60,590 nt of DNA from Gammaproteobacteria bacterium (GCA_050302415.1 JBNLBB010000001.1:1-60590), one strand, 5' to 3'; positions 48,674 through 58,156 are shown, numbered from the stretch's first letter. The notes: a model not told the origin generated them from the sequence alone. Translations and numbers: made by a program.

Positions 48674-48816
48674 TCAGGGTTCTCCGGGTTTAAACTGCAG
48701 AGGCGCACACACCTTAAATGAGACCCAGGTCCCACGACAACCTCCAGATGACAAATTGATGACGATGGCAATCAGCGCCGCGACACCCGACCGGGCCGGG
48801 GCGGAAATCGGGTGAG

Positions 48817-49611
48817 ATGAACGACGAGGCACTGCTCAGGATTGGCGTGTTTGCATCGCTGCTCGGGCTGTTCGCCCTGGCCGAGGCGTGCTGGCCCAGA
48901 CGCCGGCGGGGACTCTCCCGCTTCCGCCGTTGGCCCACCAATCTGGGCCTGGTCCTCATCAATTCCCTGCTCCTGCGCCTGCTCTTCCCGACCGCGGCGG
49001 TGGGTGCGGCGGTGTGGACGCAACAGCAGGGACTGGGCGTGCTGCCGCTGAGCGGGATTCCGGCCCCCCTCCAGTGGCTGCTGGGATTCATCCTGCTGGA
49101 TCTCGCCATCTACGGACAACATGTGGTGTTCCACAAGGTGCCGCTGCTCTGGCGCCTACACCGCGTCCACCACACCGACTGCGATCTGGATGTCACCTCC
49201 GGCCTGCGCTTTCATCCCGTGGAGATCGTGCTCTCCATGTGCTTCAAGTGGCTGGTGATTGTGGCGCTGGGTGTACCCGCCACCGCGGTCCTTGCCTTTG
49301 AAATCGTGCTCAATGCCTGCGCCATGTTCAACCATGCCAACCTGCGGTTGCCGCTGCGCGTGGACGCGCTGGTGCGCCGGATCCTGGTGACACCGGACAT
49401 GCACCGGGTCCATCACTCGGACATCCGGGTTGAGACCGACAGCAATTACGGGTTCAATTTCCCCTTCTGGGACCGCCTGTTTGGCACCTACACCGCGCAG
49501 CCGAGTCTCGGCCATGTCAACATGCAGCTGGGGGTGCGCGGGTACGACCCTGCCAGCAGTGCACAGCTCGCCAAGCTGCTCGCCCAGCCACTGACCGACA
49601 AAGGAGCCTGA
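48817..49611 (+). CDS. Fatty-acid hydroxylase / sterol desaturase-family membrane protein
   Basis: 264-aa ORF with His boxes (HKVPLLWRLHRVHH, HNHAN-like FNHAN, HRVHH). Confidence 0.75.
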   Translation: MNDEALLRIGVFASLLGLFALAEACWPRRRRGLSRFRRWPTNLGLVLINSLLLRLLFPTAAVGAAVWTQQQGLGVLPLSGIPAPLQWLLGFILLDLAIYGQHVVFHKVPLLWRLHRVHHTDCDLDVTSGLRFHPVEIVLSMCFKWLVIVALGVPATAVLAFEIVLNACAMFNHANLRLPLRVDALVRRILVTPDMHRVHHSDIRVETDSNYGFNFPFWDRLFGTYTAQPSLGHVNMQLGVRGYDPASSAQLAKLLAQPLTDKGA

Positions 49612-49616
49612 TCCGA

Positions 49617-49802
49617 ATGCCGACCTGGGAAAAGATACTGTTGGGTATCGCCGCTCTTCTGATCCTGCTCTGGTTCTTTCCGGGCGTGCGCGCGGCCATG
49701 AAGCATGCGCCCAAAGGCACCGCCGACGACTGGAAGGGGTTGCTCTTCCCCATCGGCCTGGTAGTCCTGCTGGTCGCCTTGCTCATCCTGTCTGTCCGTT
49801 GA
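49617..49802 (+). CDS. Small hypothetical two-TM membrane protein
   Basis: 61-aa ORF starting 6 nt after the upstream stop, with two hydrophobic helices. No family recognised. Confidence 0.45.
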   Translation: MPTWEKILLGIAALLILLWFFPGVRAAMKHAPKGTADDWKGLLFPIGLVVLLVALLILSVR

Positions 49803-49844
49803 ACACTGCTTCGACGCCTTGCATCCGGCCGACACCCTGCACCG

Positions 49845-51170
49845 ATGGTGAGTGAAACGACCCGCCACAGCTGGTCACGGGCCTGGTCGGTCTATGCCGA
49901 CCGCCGGGTGGTCTCCATCCTGTTCCTCGGTTTTGCCAGCGGTCTCCCCCTGGCCCTCACCTTCGGCACTCTGACGGTGTGGCTCGCCGAAGCGGGAATC
50001 AACAAGACCACCATCGGCCTGTTCGCCCTCACCGGCCTGCCCTACACCTTCAAATTCGCCTGGGCGCCCCTGGTCGACACGCTGGATCTGCCCTGGCTCT
50101 GCCGTCGCTTTGGACGGCGCCGGGGCTGGATCCTGGGCATTCAGATGCTGCTGATGGGCGCGGTATTGGCACTGGGAATGACCAACCCCGTGGCGACGCC
50201 CTGGTTGATGGGCGCACTGGCGCTGATCGTCGCCTTCGCCTCCGCCAGCCAGGACATCGTGATTGACGCTTACCGGGTGGAGATTCTCGAGGAACACCAA
50301 CTGGGCGCCGGGGCTGCGGTGATCGTACTCGGGTACCGCATCGGCATGCTGGTCTCAGGCGCCGGAGCCCTCTACCTGGCCGATTTTTTCGGCTGGGCAA
50401 CGGCCTATCTCGTGATGGCTGCCTGCGTGGGAATCGGTATGTTGACCGTCCTGCTGATTGCCGAACCGGCAGCCGCCGCGCACGGCCAACGGCCTGAACT
50501 CAGCGCTGCACCACCGTTGCAGCGCTTGCTGCACTGGATCGAAAACGCGGTGCTGGGACCGTTCACCGACTTCATGCGCCGTCGCGGCTGGTGGCTCATC
50601 CTGCTCTTCATACTGCTCTACAAACTGGGTGACGCCGTGGCCGGGGTCATGAGCAACCCTTTTTATATCGAGCTGGGTTTCAGCAAGACCGACATCGCCA
50701 ACATCAGCAAGGCGTTCGGCCTGGGGGCCACCATTATCGGTGGCATTGTCGGTGGACTGCTGGTGAGCCGCTACGGCATCCTCCGCAGTCTGATCATCTG
50801 CGGCCTGCTGCAGATGGCCTCCAATCTGATGTTTGTGCTGCTGGCGTGGACCGGCAGGGATATTGGTGTACTCACTCTCACCATCGCCGTGGAAAACCTG
50901 AGTGGCGGCATGGGCACGGCGGCCTTTGTCGCCTATCTCTCCAGCCTCTGCCATGTCGCCTACACCGCCACCCAATACGCGCTGCTCTCGTCCTTCATGG
51001 CATTTGGCCGCACCCTTCTCGCCTCTTCCAGCGGATGGTTTGCCGAGCAACTGGACTGGATCAGTTTTTTCCTGCTCTCCACTCTGGCGGCCCTGCCTGG
51101 CGTGCTGCTGCTGTTCCTGCTGGGTCGACTGCTGAGCGGGCATGAAGCGCCGACAGAGCCACCGCCCTGA
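49845..51170 (+). CDS. ampG: AmpG-family muropeptide MFS permease
   Basis: 441-aa MFS ORF with AmpG-like blocks (FLGFASGLPLAL, PYTFKFAWAPLVD, RRGW). Confidence 0.85.
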   Translation: MVSETTRHSWSRAWSVYADRRVVSILFLGFASGLPLALTFGTLTVWLAEAGINKTTIGLFALTGLPYTFKFAWAPLVDTLDLPWLCRRFGRRRGWILGIQMLLMGAVLALGMTNPVATPWLMGALALIVAFASASQDIVIDAYRVEILEEHQLGAGAAVIVLGYRIGMLVSGAGALYLADFFGWATAYLVMAACVGIGMLTVLLIAEPAAAAHGQRPELSAAPPLQRLLHWIENAVLGPFTDFMRRRGWWLILLFILLYKLGDAVAGVMSNPFYIELGFSKTDIANISKAFGLGATIIGGIVGGLLVSRYGILRSLIICGLLQMASNLMFVLLAWTGRDIGVLTLTIAVENLSGGMGTAAFVAYLSSLCHVAYTATQYALLSSFMAFGRTLLASSSGWFAEQLDWISFFLLSTLAALPGVLLLFLLGRLLSGHEAPTEPPP

Positions 51171-51251
51171 CCATCAATCACCAAACTACGGCCGTTCGCT
51201 TGCCCGTTCTCCAAATGTTTTCTATGATGACGGAAACAGGGAACGCCATCG

Positions 51252-51887
51252 ATGAACAGAAAATTTCCGCCACTGACCAAAAAACAGGAATGGGTATTCC
51301 GCTTTCTGCTGGACCATGAGGCCGGCGGCGGGCGGGCCCCGACCCTCGATGAGCTGTGTGGCCTGCTCAAACTCAACTCCCGCGGTTCCCTGCACAAACA
51401 TGTCACTGCGCTGATCGATGCCGGTCTGGTCGCTCCCCTCAACCACCAGCACCGGGGCGTCCGCCTGACGCCCAAGGGACGCGCGCTGGCACCCGAGGCG
51501 GTGGAGACGGACACCCTGCCGCTGCTCGGCTACATAGCCGCCGGGCGCCCCATCGAAGCGGTCAGTGACGCCCGTGCCGTGAGTGTCCCGCCCCAGTTGC
51601 GCACCCAACGGGAGTGTTATGTGCTGCAGGTACGGGGCGACTCCATGCAGGACGAAGGCATTCTGGATGGTGATTGGGTGGTGATCGAACAGCGTGAGAC
51701 CGCGCGCAACGGTGAGATAGTGGTTGCGCTGGTCCGTGGTGAAGAGGCCACCCTGAAGCGCATCGAACAGCGCCCCGAAGCGGTCGTCCTGCACTCTGCC
51801 AATCCGGCCTATGCGCCCATGACCTTCGCCCCCGACGAGATCACCATCCAGGGCGTGCTGGTCGGGCAGATGCGTACCTACCACTGA
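51252..51887 (+). CDS. lexA: LexA repressor
   Basis: 211-aa ORF with an N-terminal winged HTH, the Ala-Gly cleavage site (YIAAGRPIEA), and catalytic Ser (VRGDSM) and Lys (ATLKRI). Confidence 0.9.
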   Translation: MNRKFPPLTKKQEWVFRFLLDHEAGGGRAPTLDELCGLLKLNSRGSLHKHVTALIDAGLVAPLNHQHRGVRLTPKGRALAPEAVETDTLPLLGYIAAGRPIEAVSDARAVSVPPQLRTQRECYVLQVRGDSMQDEGILDGDWVVIEQRETARNGEIVVALVRGEEATLKRIEQRPEAVVLHSANPAYAPMTFAPDEITIQGVLVGQMRTYH

Positions 51888-51898
51888 CCGGATTCGCG

Positions 51899-52564
51899 AT
51901 GTGCGGCCGGTTCGTACTCAAATCCACGGGCGAGCGGATCGCCGACCATTTCCACCTGGACCATATCCCGACCATCACCGCCCGCTACAACATCGCCCCC
52001 ACCCAGGATCTGCTGGCCGTCTGCGCACCCGCTGAGGGCATGCGTGAACCGGTGTTGCTGCGCTGGGGATTGATCCCCCACTGGTCCAAGGGACCCGATT
52101 CCCGCTACCACATGATCAACGCCCGGGCCGAAACAGCGGCCGCCAAACCCGCCTATCGGCAGGCCCTCAACCAGCGCCGCTGCCTGGTTCCCGCCGACGG
52201 ATACTACGAATGGCATGCCGGTGACGGGCCGAAGCAGCCGTTCTACCTCCATGCCCAGGACGACTCACTGCTCGCCTTCGCGGGGCTCTGGGAGGAATGG
52301 GACAGTCCGCAGCGGGAATCCGTCCGCTCCTGTGCCCTGATGACGCGCGAGGCCCAAGGGCCGGTGGGGGCGGTACACGACCGCATGCCGGTGCTGGTCC
52401 CCGAGTCGCTGTGGAATCTCTGGCTGGCCCCGGACAACCGACAGGGCACCGAAACCCTCGACACGCTGCTCGCCCAGCCGGTCCTGCACCTGCAGTTCCA
52501 CCCGGTCTCCCGCGCCGTCAACTCGCCCAGGAATGAAGGTCACTCCCTGATTGAACCCGCCTGA
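51899..52564 (+). CDS. yedK: SOS-response-associated peptidase (SRAP/YedK-type abasic-site processing protein)
   Basis: 221-aa ORF starting MCGRF (catalytic Cys2), with conserved IPHWSK and YYEW blocks. It begins 11 nt after lexA. Confidence 0.85.
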   Translation: MCGRFVLKSTGERIADHFHLDHIPTITARYNIAPTQDLLAVCAPAEGMREPVLLRWGLIPHWSKGPDSRYHMINARAETAAAKPAYRQALNQRRCLVPADGYYEWHAGDGPKQPFYLHAQDDSLLAFAGLWEEWDSPQRESVRSCALMTREAQGPVGAVHDRMPVLVPESLWNLWLAPDNRQGTETLDTLLAQPVLHLQFHPVSRAVNSPRNEGHSLIEPA

Positions 52565-52597
52565 CGGGTTCTGCCGGACCAAACCGGGATCCGGGAC

Positions 52598-52615
52598 CTG
52601 TCATCAAGCTGTCAT
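52598..52615 (+). promoter_or_regulatory. Pho box upstream of phoB
   Basis: CTGTCAT-caag-CTGTCAT: two perfect 7-bp direct repeats on an 11-bp period, followed 10 nt later by TTTAAT (52626-52631). Confidence 0.8.
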
Positions 52616-52671
52616 AATCCCCGGCTTTAATTGGCACCCATGTTACAAACAGTTGCTATTGTTCCAGCCAC

Positions 52672-53370
52672 ATGAACGCCCAACCCCTGATCCTGGTGGT
52701 CGATGACGAACCCGGCATCCGCATGATGCTGGATACCGTTTTGCGCGCCGCCGGCTTTGCCATCCGGCTCGCCGAAGACGTGCGCGCCAGCGACCACATT
52801 CTGGCCGACGAGAAACCCGACCTGATTCTGCTCGACTGGATGCTGCCGGATGTGAGTGGCATCGAATACGCCCGCCGGCTGCGCAACGACGAATTGACGC
52901 AGAAAATCCCCATTGTGATGCTCACCGCCAGGGATGATGAAAGCGATATGGTGCGCGGCCTGAATACGGGGGCTGATGACTACATCACCAAACCGTTCTC
53001 CACCAAGGAGCTGATTGCCCGGATCCAGGCGGTGCTGCGGCGGGGTTCCATGGCGCAGAATTTCACCCCGATTGAAATCGGACGCCTGCGGATCATGCCT
53101 TCAGAACACCGGGTCTATTCGGCAGACCGGGAAATCGTACTGGGGCCCACGGAATTCCGCCTGCTGCGCTTCTTCATGTCCAATCCGGAACGGGTTTACA
53201 GCCGCGCCCAGATTCTCGACCATGTCTGGGGCACCAGCGTTTATGTGGAGGAGCGCACGGTGGATGTTCACATCCGACGCCTGCGCAAGGCGCTCGCCGA
53301 CACCGACGACGATCGGGTGGTGCAGACCGTTCGCGGCGTCGGCTACCGGTTTTCAACGCGGACCGACTGA
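52672..53370 (+). CDS. phoB: Phosphate regulon response regulator PhoB
   Basis: 232-aa OmpR-family regulator with PhoB-like sequence (LILLDWMLPDVSGIE, ...VQTVRGVGYRFS). It is preceded by a Pho box and followed by phoR. Confidence 0.9.
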   Translation: MNAQPLILVVDDEPGIRMMLDTVLRAAGFAIRLAEDVRASDHILADEKPDLILLDWMLPDVSGIEYARRLRNDELTQKIPIVMLTARDDESDMVRGLNTGADDYITKPFSTKELIARIQAVLRRGSMAQNFTPIEIGRLRIMPSEHRVYSADREIVLGPTEFRLLRFFMSNPERVYSRAQILDHVWGTSVYVEERTVDVHIRRLRKALADTDDDRVVQTVRGVGYRFSTRTD

Positions 53371-54681
53371 TTGAGCCCCATCCGTCACGAACTGACTCTG
53401 CTGTCCGGCTGGCTGATCATGCTCTGGTTTGTCGGCTGGCTCTTCAATGTCCCCTATTCCGCCTTCATTTTCGGGCTGGTGGGCTACTGCGCCTGGCACC
53501 TGTATCAGCTGTCCCGCCTGGTGGCGTGGATCGGAAAGAAAACCGGCGAGGTGCCCGATGCCGCAGGTGCCTGGGGCTTTGTGTTCGACCAAATCCACTA
53601 CAAGTTCGAACGCATGCGCAAAAAGCGCAAACGGCTTGCCGGCGTCCTGAAGCGCTTTCAGGAATCCACCAAGGCGATGCCGGACGGTGCCGTGGTGGTC
53701 AATCAGGACGGACGGATTGAGTGGTCCAACGCATCGGCCCAAAAATTTCTGGGATTGCGCAACCGGGATGTCGGACACCACCTGGGCAACCTGGTGCGCG
53801 ATCCCCGCTTTGCCAAACTGCTGCGCCAGGGCAGCGGCAAGGTCCTGTTCCCGTCACCCGTGGAAGAAAAAATCACCCTGTTGGCGGTGGTGGTCGAATA
53901 CGCGAAAAGGCAGACACTGGTACTCATCCGCGATGTCACGGAAATGCAACGCACCGAACAGATCCGTCGTGATTTTGTCGCCAACGTGTCACATGAGTTG
54001 CGCACCCCCCTGACGGTCATCAGTGGCTACGTGGAGGCGATGCAGTTCCAGCAGCAGATGGCCCCCGATCAGATGGAGGCGATCGTCGCGGAACTGGCCA
54101 AGCAGGCCAATCGCATGCGCCAGATAGTGTCGGACCTGCTGCAACTGGCCCGTCTGGAGGCCAGTACCGGCCCGGCACCCCTGGAACCGGTCGGGATGGA
54201 CAGGCTGATCCGCACCTCCCTGGAGGAACATCGTGCGCTGGCGGAAGAGAAACGGCAGACGATTCGGCTGTCGGTGAATGCCGAATACGACCTGCTTGGC
54301 AACCCCCAGGAGATGCACCTCGTGGTGTCCCATCTGCTGAGCAACGCAATTCGCTATACACAGGAGGGTGGTGAAATTGAAGTGGGCTGGCAGGGATCCC
54401 CGCAGGCACTGGAATTCTTCGTCAATGACAACGGTGTGGGTATTCCCAGATCGCAGGTTCCACGCGTGACCGAACGCTTCTACCGCGTCGATGCCGGGCG
54501 CTCCCGTAATGAAGGCGGAACCGGATTGGGTCTGTCCATCGTCAAACATGCGCTGGATCGCCACCAGGCCACCTTGATTGTGGAGAGTACGCCGGGCAAG
54601 GGATCCCGCTTTTCGTGCCTGTTTCCGGCCTCCCGGAGAATCGTCTCCAGCACGGCAATGCAGAGCGCCGACGGGCGGTAG
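53371..54681 (+). CDS. phoR: Phosphate regulon sensor kinase PhoR
   Basis: 436-aa ORF (TTG start directly after the phoB stop) with an N-terminal TM hairpin, a PAS domain, H-box FVANVSHELRTPLT and an HATPase domain. Confidence 0.85.
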   Translation: MSPIRHELTLLSGWLIMLWFVGWLFNVPYSAFIFGLVGYCAWHLYQLSRLVAWIGKKTGEVPDAAGAWGFVFDQIHYKFERMRKKRKRLAGVLKRFQESTKAMPDGAVVVNQDGRIEWSNASAQKFLGLRNRDVGHHLGNLVRDPRFAKLLRQGSGKVLFPSPVEEKITLLAVVVEYAKRQTLVLIRDVTEMQRTEQIRRDFVANVSHELRTPLTVISGYVEAMQFQQQMAPDQMEAIVAELAKQANRMRQIVSDLLQLARLEASTGPAPLEPVGMDRLIRTSLEEHRALAEEKRQTIRLSVNAEYDLLGNPQEMHLVVSHLLSNAIRYTQEGGEIEVGWQGSPQALEFFVNDNGVGIPRSQVPRVTERFYRVDAGRSRNEGGTGLGLSIVKHALDRHQATLIVESTPGKGSRFSCLFPASRRIVSSTAMQSADGR

Positions 54682-54683
54682 CG

Positions 54684-54723
54684 CTGTCACAAAAGCTTCA
54701 TGAGCACGTCATGTCCGTGTCAT
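54684..54723 (+). promoter_or_regulatory. Double Pho box (four phased 7-bp repeats) upstream of pstS
   Basis: CTGTCAC-aaaa-GCTTCAT-gagc-ACGTCAT-gtcc-GTGTCAT, an exact 11-bp periodicity. It starts 3 nt after the phoR stop. Confidence 0.75.
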
Positions 54724-54784
54724 TCGCCGACGACACCATGTCCCTGCTGAAATTTGAACATCCTCTCAACGGGAGCTTACTTTG

Positions 54785-55753
54785 ATGAATAAATGTTTTA
54801 CTGCAATGACCGCGGGCGTCCTGGCGCTCACCGCCTCCGCCATGGTCAACGCCGGCGATGTCGATTCGAAACTGACCAGCTACGAGCGTGCCAGTGGGGT
54901 CTCCGGCAATCTCTCCAGCGTCGGTTCCGACACCCTGGCCAATCTGATGACGCTGTGGGCTGAAGAGTTCAAACGCAACTATCCCAGCGTCAACATACAG
55001 ATCCAGGCAGCCGGTTCGTCGACTGCACCACCGGCCTTGACCGAGGGAACCTCGAACCTGGGCCCCATGAGCCGCAAAATGAAAGACAAGGAGCTGGAGG
55101 CATTCGAACGCAAGTACGGCTACAAGCCGACGGCCATTCGGGTTGCCATCGATGCCCTGGCGGTCTATGTCAACAAGGACAATCCCATTGAAGAGATGTC
55201 CATTGCCGACGTGGACGCCATTTTCTCCTCCACCCGCAAGTGCGGTGGGAAGACGGACATCAACTCCTGGGGCGAACTTGGCCAGAAGGGTGCCTGGGCG
55301 AACCGCAGCATTCAGCTGTACGGCCGCAATTCGGTTTCCGGTACCTATGGTTACTTCAAGGATCACGCCCTGTGCAAGGGTGACTACAAAAACACGGTCA
55401 ACGAACAGCCGGGATCGGCGTCGGTGGTACAGAGCGTCACCTCGTCCATCAACGGCATCGGCTATTCGGGTATCGGCTACAAGACCTCGGGAGTGAAAGC
55501 GGTGAAGCTGGCCAAGAAGGCCGGTTCCGACGCCATCGCGGCCACCGAGGACAACGCCATCAATGGCACTTATCCTCTGGCCCGTTTCCTCTACGTCTAT
55601 GTAAACAAGGCTCCCAACAAGCCACTGCCTCCCCTGGAGCGCGAGTTCATCAAGCTGGTGCTCTCCAAGCAGGGCCAACAGGTGGTGGTCAAGGATGGCT
55701 ATGTGCCCATGCCGTCGAAAGTGGTCGAAGCTGAATTGGCCAAGCTGAACTGA
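54785..55753 (+). CDS. pstS: Phosphate-binding protein PstS (PBP-like_2 type)
   Basis: About 322-aa ORF with a signal peptide (…[11 protein letters not shown]) and phosphate-binding blocks ([27 protein letters not shown]). The track starts at the TTG at 54782. Confidence 0.85.
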   Translation: MNKCFTAMTAGVLALTASAMVNAGDVDSKLTSYERASGVSGNLSSVGSDTLANLMTLWAEEFKRNYPSVNIQIQAAGSSTAPPALTEGTSNLGPMSRKMKDKELEAFERKYGYKPTAIRVAIDALAVYVNKDNPIEEMSIADVDAIFSSTRKCGGKTDINSWGELGQKGAWANRSIQLYGRNSVSGTYGYFKDHALCKGDYKNTVNEQPGSASVVQSVTSSINGIGYSGIGYKTSGVKAVKLAKKAGSDAIAATEDNAINGTYPLARFLYVYVNKAPNKPLPPLEREFIKLVLSKQGQQVVVKDGYVPMPSKVVEAELAKLN

Positions 55754-55780
55754 TCAGTCAAACCGCCACCGATTGAACAA

Positions 55781-55808
55781 AGCCCCGCTGAGTCGGGGCT
55801 TTTTTTTA
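55781..55808 (+). terminator. Rho-independent terminator after pstS (possibly bidirectional)
   Basis: AGCCCCG-ctgagt-CGGGGCT followed by a run of T. The minus-strand reading is followed by TTTGTT. Confidence 0.85.
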
Positions 55809-55858
55809 AATACTGTTTAGCAAATTCATTCTCCTGTCACACGGGCCCGACACAATTA

Positions 55859-56161
55859 CTACTGCTGCGGAGGCAGCAGATTACCTGAGAGCGTTATTCG
55901 CATTTGCAGCCCGTGAAAGCGGGTTTCTTTTTGGGAACGACTCCCACTGCCACGCACCACCATCCGCACACCGCGCACGCACACCACGGGTTCCTGCGCG
56001 ATTATCCGGCTGCGGCTCAGCTCCCACCCACCAGATTCACATCGATGTCGCTTGCAGGCGCCATTCTCCGGCCAGGGAGCAGGCAGATACCGTGCGACGA
56101 GTCTCCCGAACTGAATCGGGGTTGGCGGTACGACCGGTGAATTCGCCAGGAATTGTTTCGA
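55859..56161 (-). CDS. Hypothetical ORF of doubtful coding status
   Basis: It runs from an internal ATG (MSKQFLANSPVVPPTPIQFGRLVARYLPAPWPENGACKRHRCE...) of the 113-aa track ORF. The C-terminal third is compositionally odd. My hand count gives G/C at the third position in about 64 of 100 codons, no better than the overlapping frames. Confidence 0.25.
   Translation of the reverse strand, partial: SKQFLANSPVVPPTPIQFGRLVARYLPAPWPENGACKRHRCESGGWELSRSRIIAQEPVVCVRGVRMVVRGSGSRSQKETRFHGLQMRITLSGNLLPPQQ
55862..55932 (+). ncRNA. Candidate short transcript (about 70 nt) downstream of Pho-box-like repeats
   Basis: It has a 5' hairpin CTGCTGC-ggag-GCAGCAG (55862-55879) and a 3' hairpin AGCCCG-tgaaag-CGGGTT followed by TCTTTTT. 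Upstream are CTGTTTA-N4-ATTCATT-N3-CTGTCAC and CACAAT. This is a weak call and competes with the minus-strand ORF below. Confidence 0.2.
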
Positions 56162-56581
56162 CATGGCTGGGCACTCATCACCGGACTGGGGGGCCACCAT
56201 GGCCTGTTGCCAGCAAACCGACCTGGTCTCTAGCTATGCGGCTGTTGGTTGGTTGATGTCCGCCGGTACTTCGCATATCCCAGGCAACATCAAGCCTGCA
56301 GCAACCACCCGGGAATCTGCCGTGGTCACCTGCCACCAAACGGCAACTGCGACGGATCTGAAGTCGAATTTGGGTACACCCCGGGAATATGGGTACTGCC
56401 ACGTGGCGGGCGGGACCCAACAAGATCGGTGGTGATAGGGACAACCGGCGTTGAAACGGGAACCGCATTGCAAGACCAGGACAGACAGTCAGCAAACCGC
56501 TCGCCGAGCTACCGTTGACCGCCATCGCACCGGCGGTGAGAACCCTCCACAAGCACGAGGGGTGACAGTCGTTGCCGACCC

Positions 56582-57397
56582 TCAGGAGGTGAGTTTGAAA
56601 TGATCTCCTGCCACATTCAGCGCCGCTGCCCTGTTGCCGTCCAGGGATGACGACAGTGCCCGTAGCCATTCGGCGACCGCGCTTTGGGTCTGGATTGCCA
56701 GATCCCTGGCAGAAGTGCCCACCACCAATTGGGGATCCCTGAACCAGATCCTTGCCAAAACGGATCTCTCGTGACGCAACAACCGCAGCAGGCTGAGCAC
56801 AAACACATCATCACCGCAGTAGGCCGCTTCCCGGGCCACGCCCCCCTCTGCTTCATAACGGATGCCCACCGCCTGAACCGGTCTGTCAGTCCGGACGGCA
56901 CAGCCAAACAGAGAGGGATGAAACGGGAGTACGTCATGCCCGGGAGTGCTGGTTCCCTCGGGAAACACCACGACCTGTTCCCCGGCTGAGATGCGCGCCT
57001 CTATCTCGCTCATACTGTGACGAAGGCCGCGCGTACCCCGCCGGTCCAGGAACAGGGTCCCCGATTGGGCGGCCATCCAGCCGATGATCGGCCAATGCCG
57101 AACGTCGCTCTTGGAGACAAAGGTCAGGGGTGCTTCTGCGGCCAGCACCAATATATCGAGCCAGGAGACGTGATTGGCCACCAGCAGCGCACCCCCGCGA
57201 ACGGTCGGGGCGCCCGCACGCTCTCTGCTGATACCCAGGATCCGCAGGATGCCCCTGGTCCACGCCATGCGGATTTGACTTCCCCACCCACGGCGGTACC
57301 AGCTTCTGCCGCCAAACGCCAGGCAGGCTATTTGAACCAACACACCACCCAGCAGCCACCCGACGAACAGTGGAAAGCGAACGCTCAACTGTAACAA
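56582..57397 (-). CDS. olsA: Lyso-ornithine lipid O-acyltransferase (PlsC family)
   Basis: 271-aa ORF with the HX4D acyltransferase motif (ANHVSWLDILVL) and FPEGT. Its start abuts the stop of the olsB-like gene. Confidence 0.75.
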   Translation of the reverse strand: MLQLSVRFPLFVGWLLGGVLVQIACLAFGGRSWYRRGWGSQIRMAWTRGILRILGISRERAGAPTVRGGALLVANHVSWLDILVLAAEAPLTFVSKSDVRHWPIIGWMAAQSGTLFLDRRGTRGLRHSMSEIEARISAGEQVVVFPEGTSTPGHDVLPFHPSLFGCAVRTDRPVQAVGIRYEAEGGVAREAAYCGDDVFVLSLLRLLRHERSVLARIWFRDPQLVVGTSARDLAIQTQSAVAEWLRALSSSLDGNRAAALNVAGDHFKLTS

Positions 57398-58156
57398 TCA
57401 GGACACTCCGAAGTGTCTGGCAAACCGCGGAGTCAGCAGCCGCTTGTCGAGCAGTACCAGTGCATCCGCCACGTCGAAATCGGCGTCCCAGCACAGCTCG
57501 CCGCAGATTTTTGCGCCCGCACGCAGATAGGTACGGAGCAGCGCGGGCATCACGATCTCGGTGTCGAGCCAATAGTCTGGTTCCGGTAACGGATACTTTG
57601 GCTGGGCACAGGTGGCCATGGAGGTCGCGTACTGTTCAAGAAGCAGTTCCTGCAGCCGGTGCACATAGCTGAAGTCACCGCGCACGGGAATGCTCGCGCA
57701 GCCCATGAGATAGCCGGCGCCCGACTTGTCCAGTACCTGCGACAGCCCGACCCAGAGCATGGCCAGACCATGTCCGGCGCGGTAGTCGGGATGCACGCAG
57801 GTCCGCCCCACTTCAATGATATTGCCCGGGAGTTCCAGAATGTTCTGCAGATGAAACTCCGACTCGCTGTAGTACCCGATACCGGCTTCCGCGTGGGCGC
57901 GGTCCATGACCCGGGTGGTCGCGACCAGGTTGTGGGTGTAGTCGTCCCACACCATCAGATGCCGGCAAAAGGCATCATATTCGTCAATGTCCAGGCCGTG
58001 CTCCGGCGTATGCAGGTGGGCGCCCAGCTCCTGCGCAAAGATGCGGTAGCGCAACTGCTGGCAGCTGCGCACCTCCTGTTCGTTTTCCGCCAACTTAACC
58101 CGATAACGGTTTTTGCGTGATACTCCGCCATCGACCCGAAGCTGTTGCGTATTCAT
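57398..58156 (-). CDS. olsB: Ornithine-acyl-ACP N-acyltransferase (GNAT / Acetyltransf_5, OlsB type)
   Basis: 252-aa ORF with OlsB-like blocks (CQQLRYRIFAQELGA, DEYDAFCRHLMVWD, SESEF, EVGRTCVHPDYR). It sits directly upstream of the PlsC-family gene. Confidence 0.75.
   Translation of the reverse strand: MNTQQLRVDGGVSRKNRYRVKLAENEQEVRSCQQLRYRIFAQELGAHLHTPEHGLDIDEYDAFCRHLMVWDDYTHNLVATTRVMDRAHAEAGIGYYSESEFHLQNILELPGNIIEVGRTCVHPDYRAGHGLAMLWVGLSQVLDKSGAGYLMGCASIPVRGDFSYVHRLQELLLEQYATSMATCAQPKYPLPEPDYWLDTEIVMPALLRTYLRAGAKICGELCWDADFDVADALVLLDKRLLTPRFARHFGVS

Noticed and set aside
52632-52647. TGGCACCCATGTTACA upstream of phoB
   Set aside because: The -12 element reads TTAC instead of TTGC. The site lies right after a perfect Pho box and a TTTAAT -10 element, which already explain the promoter.
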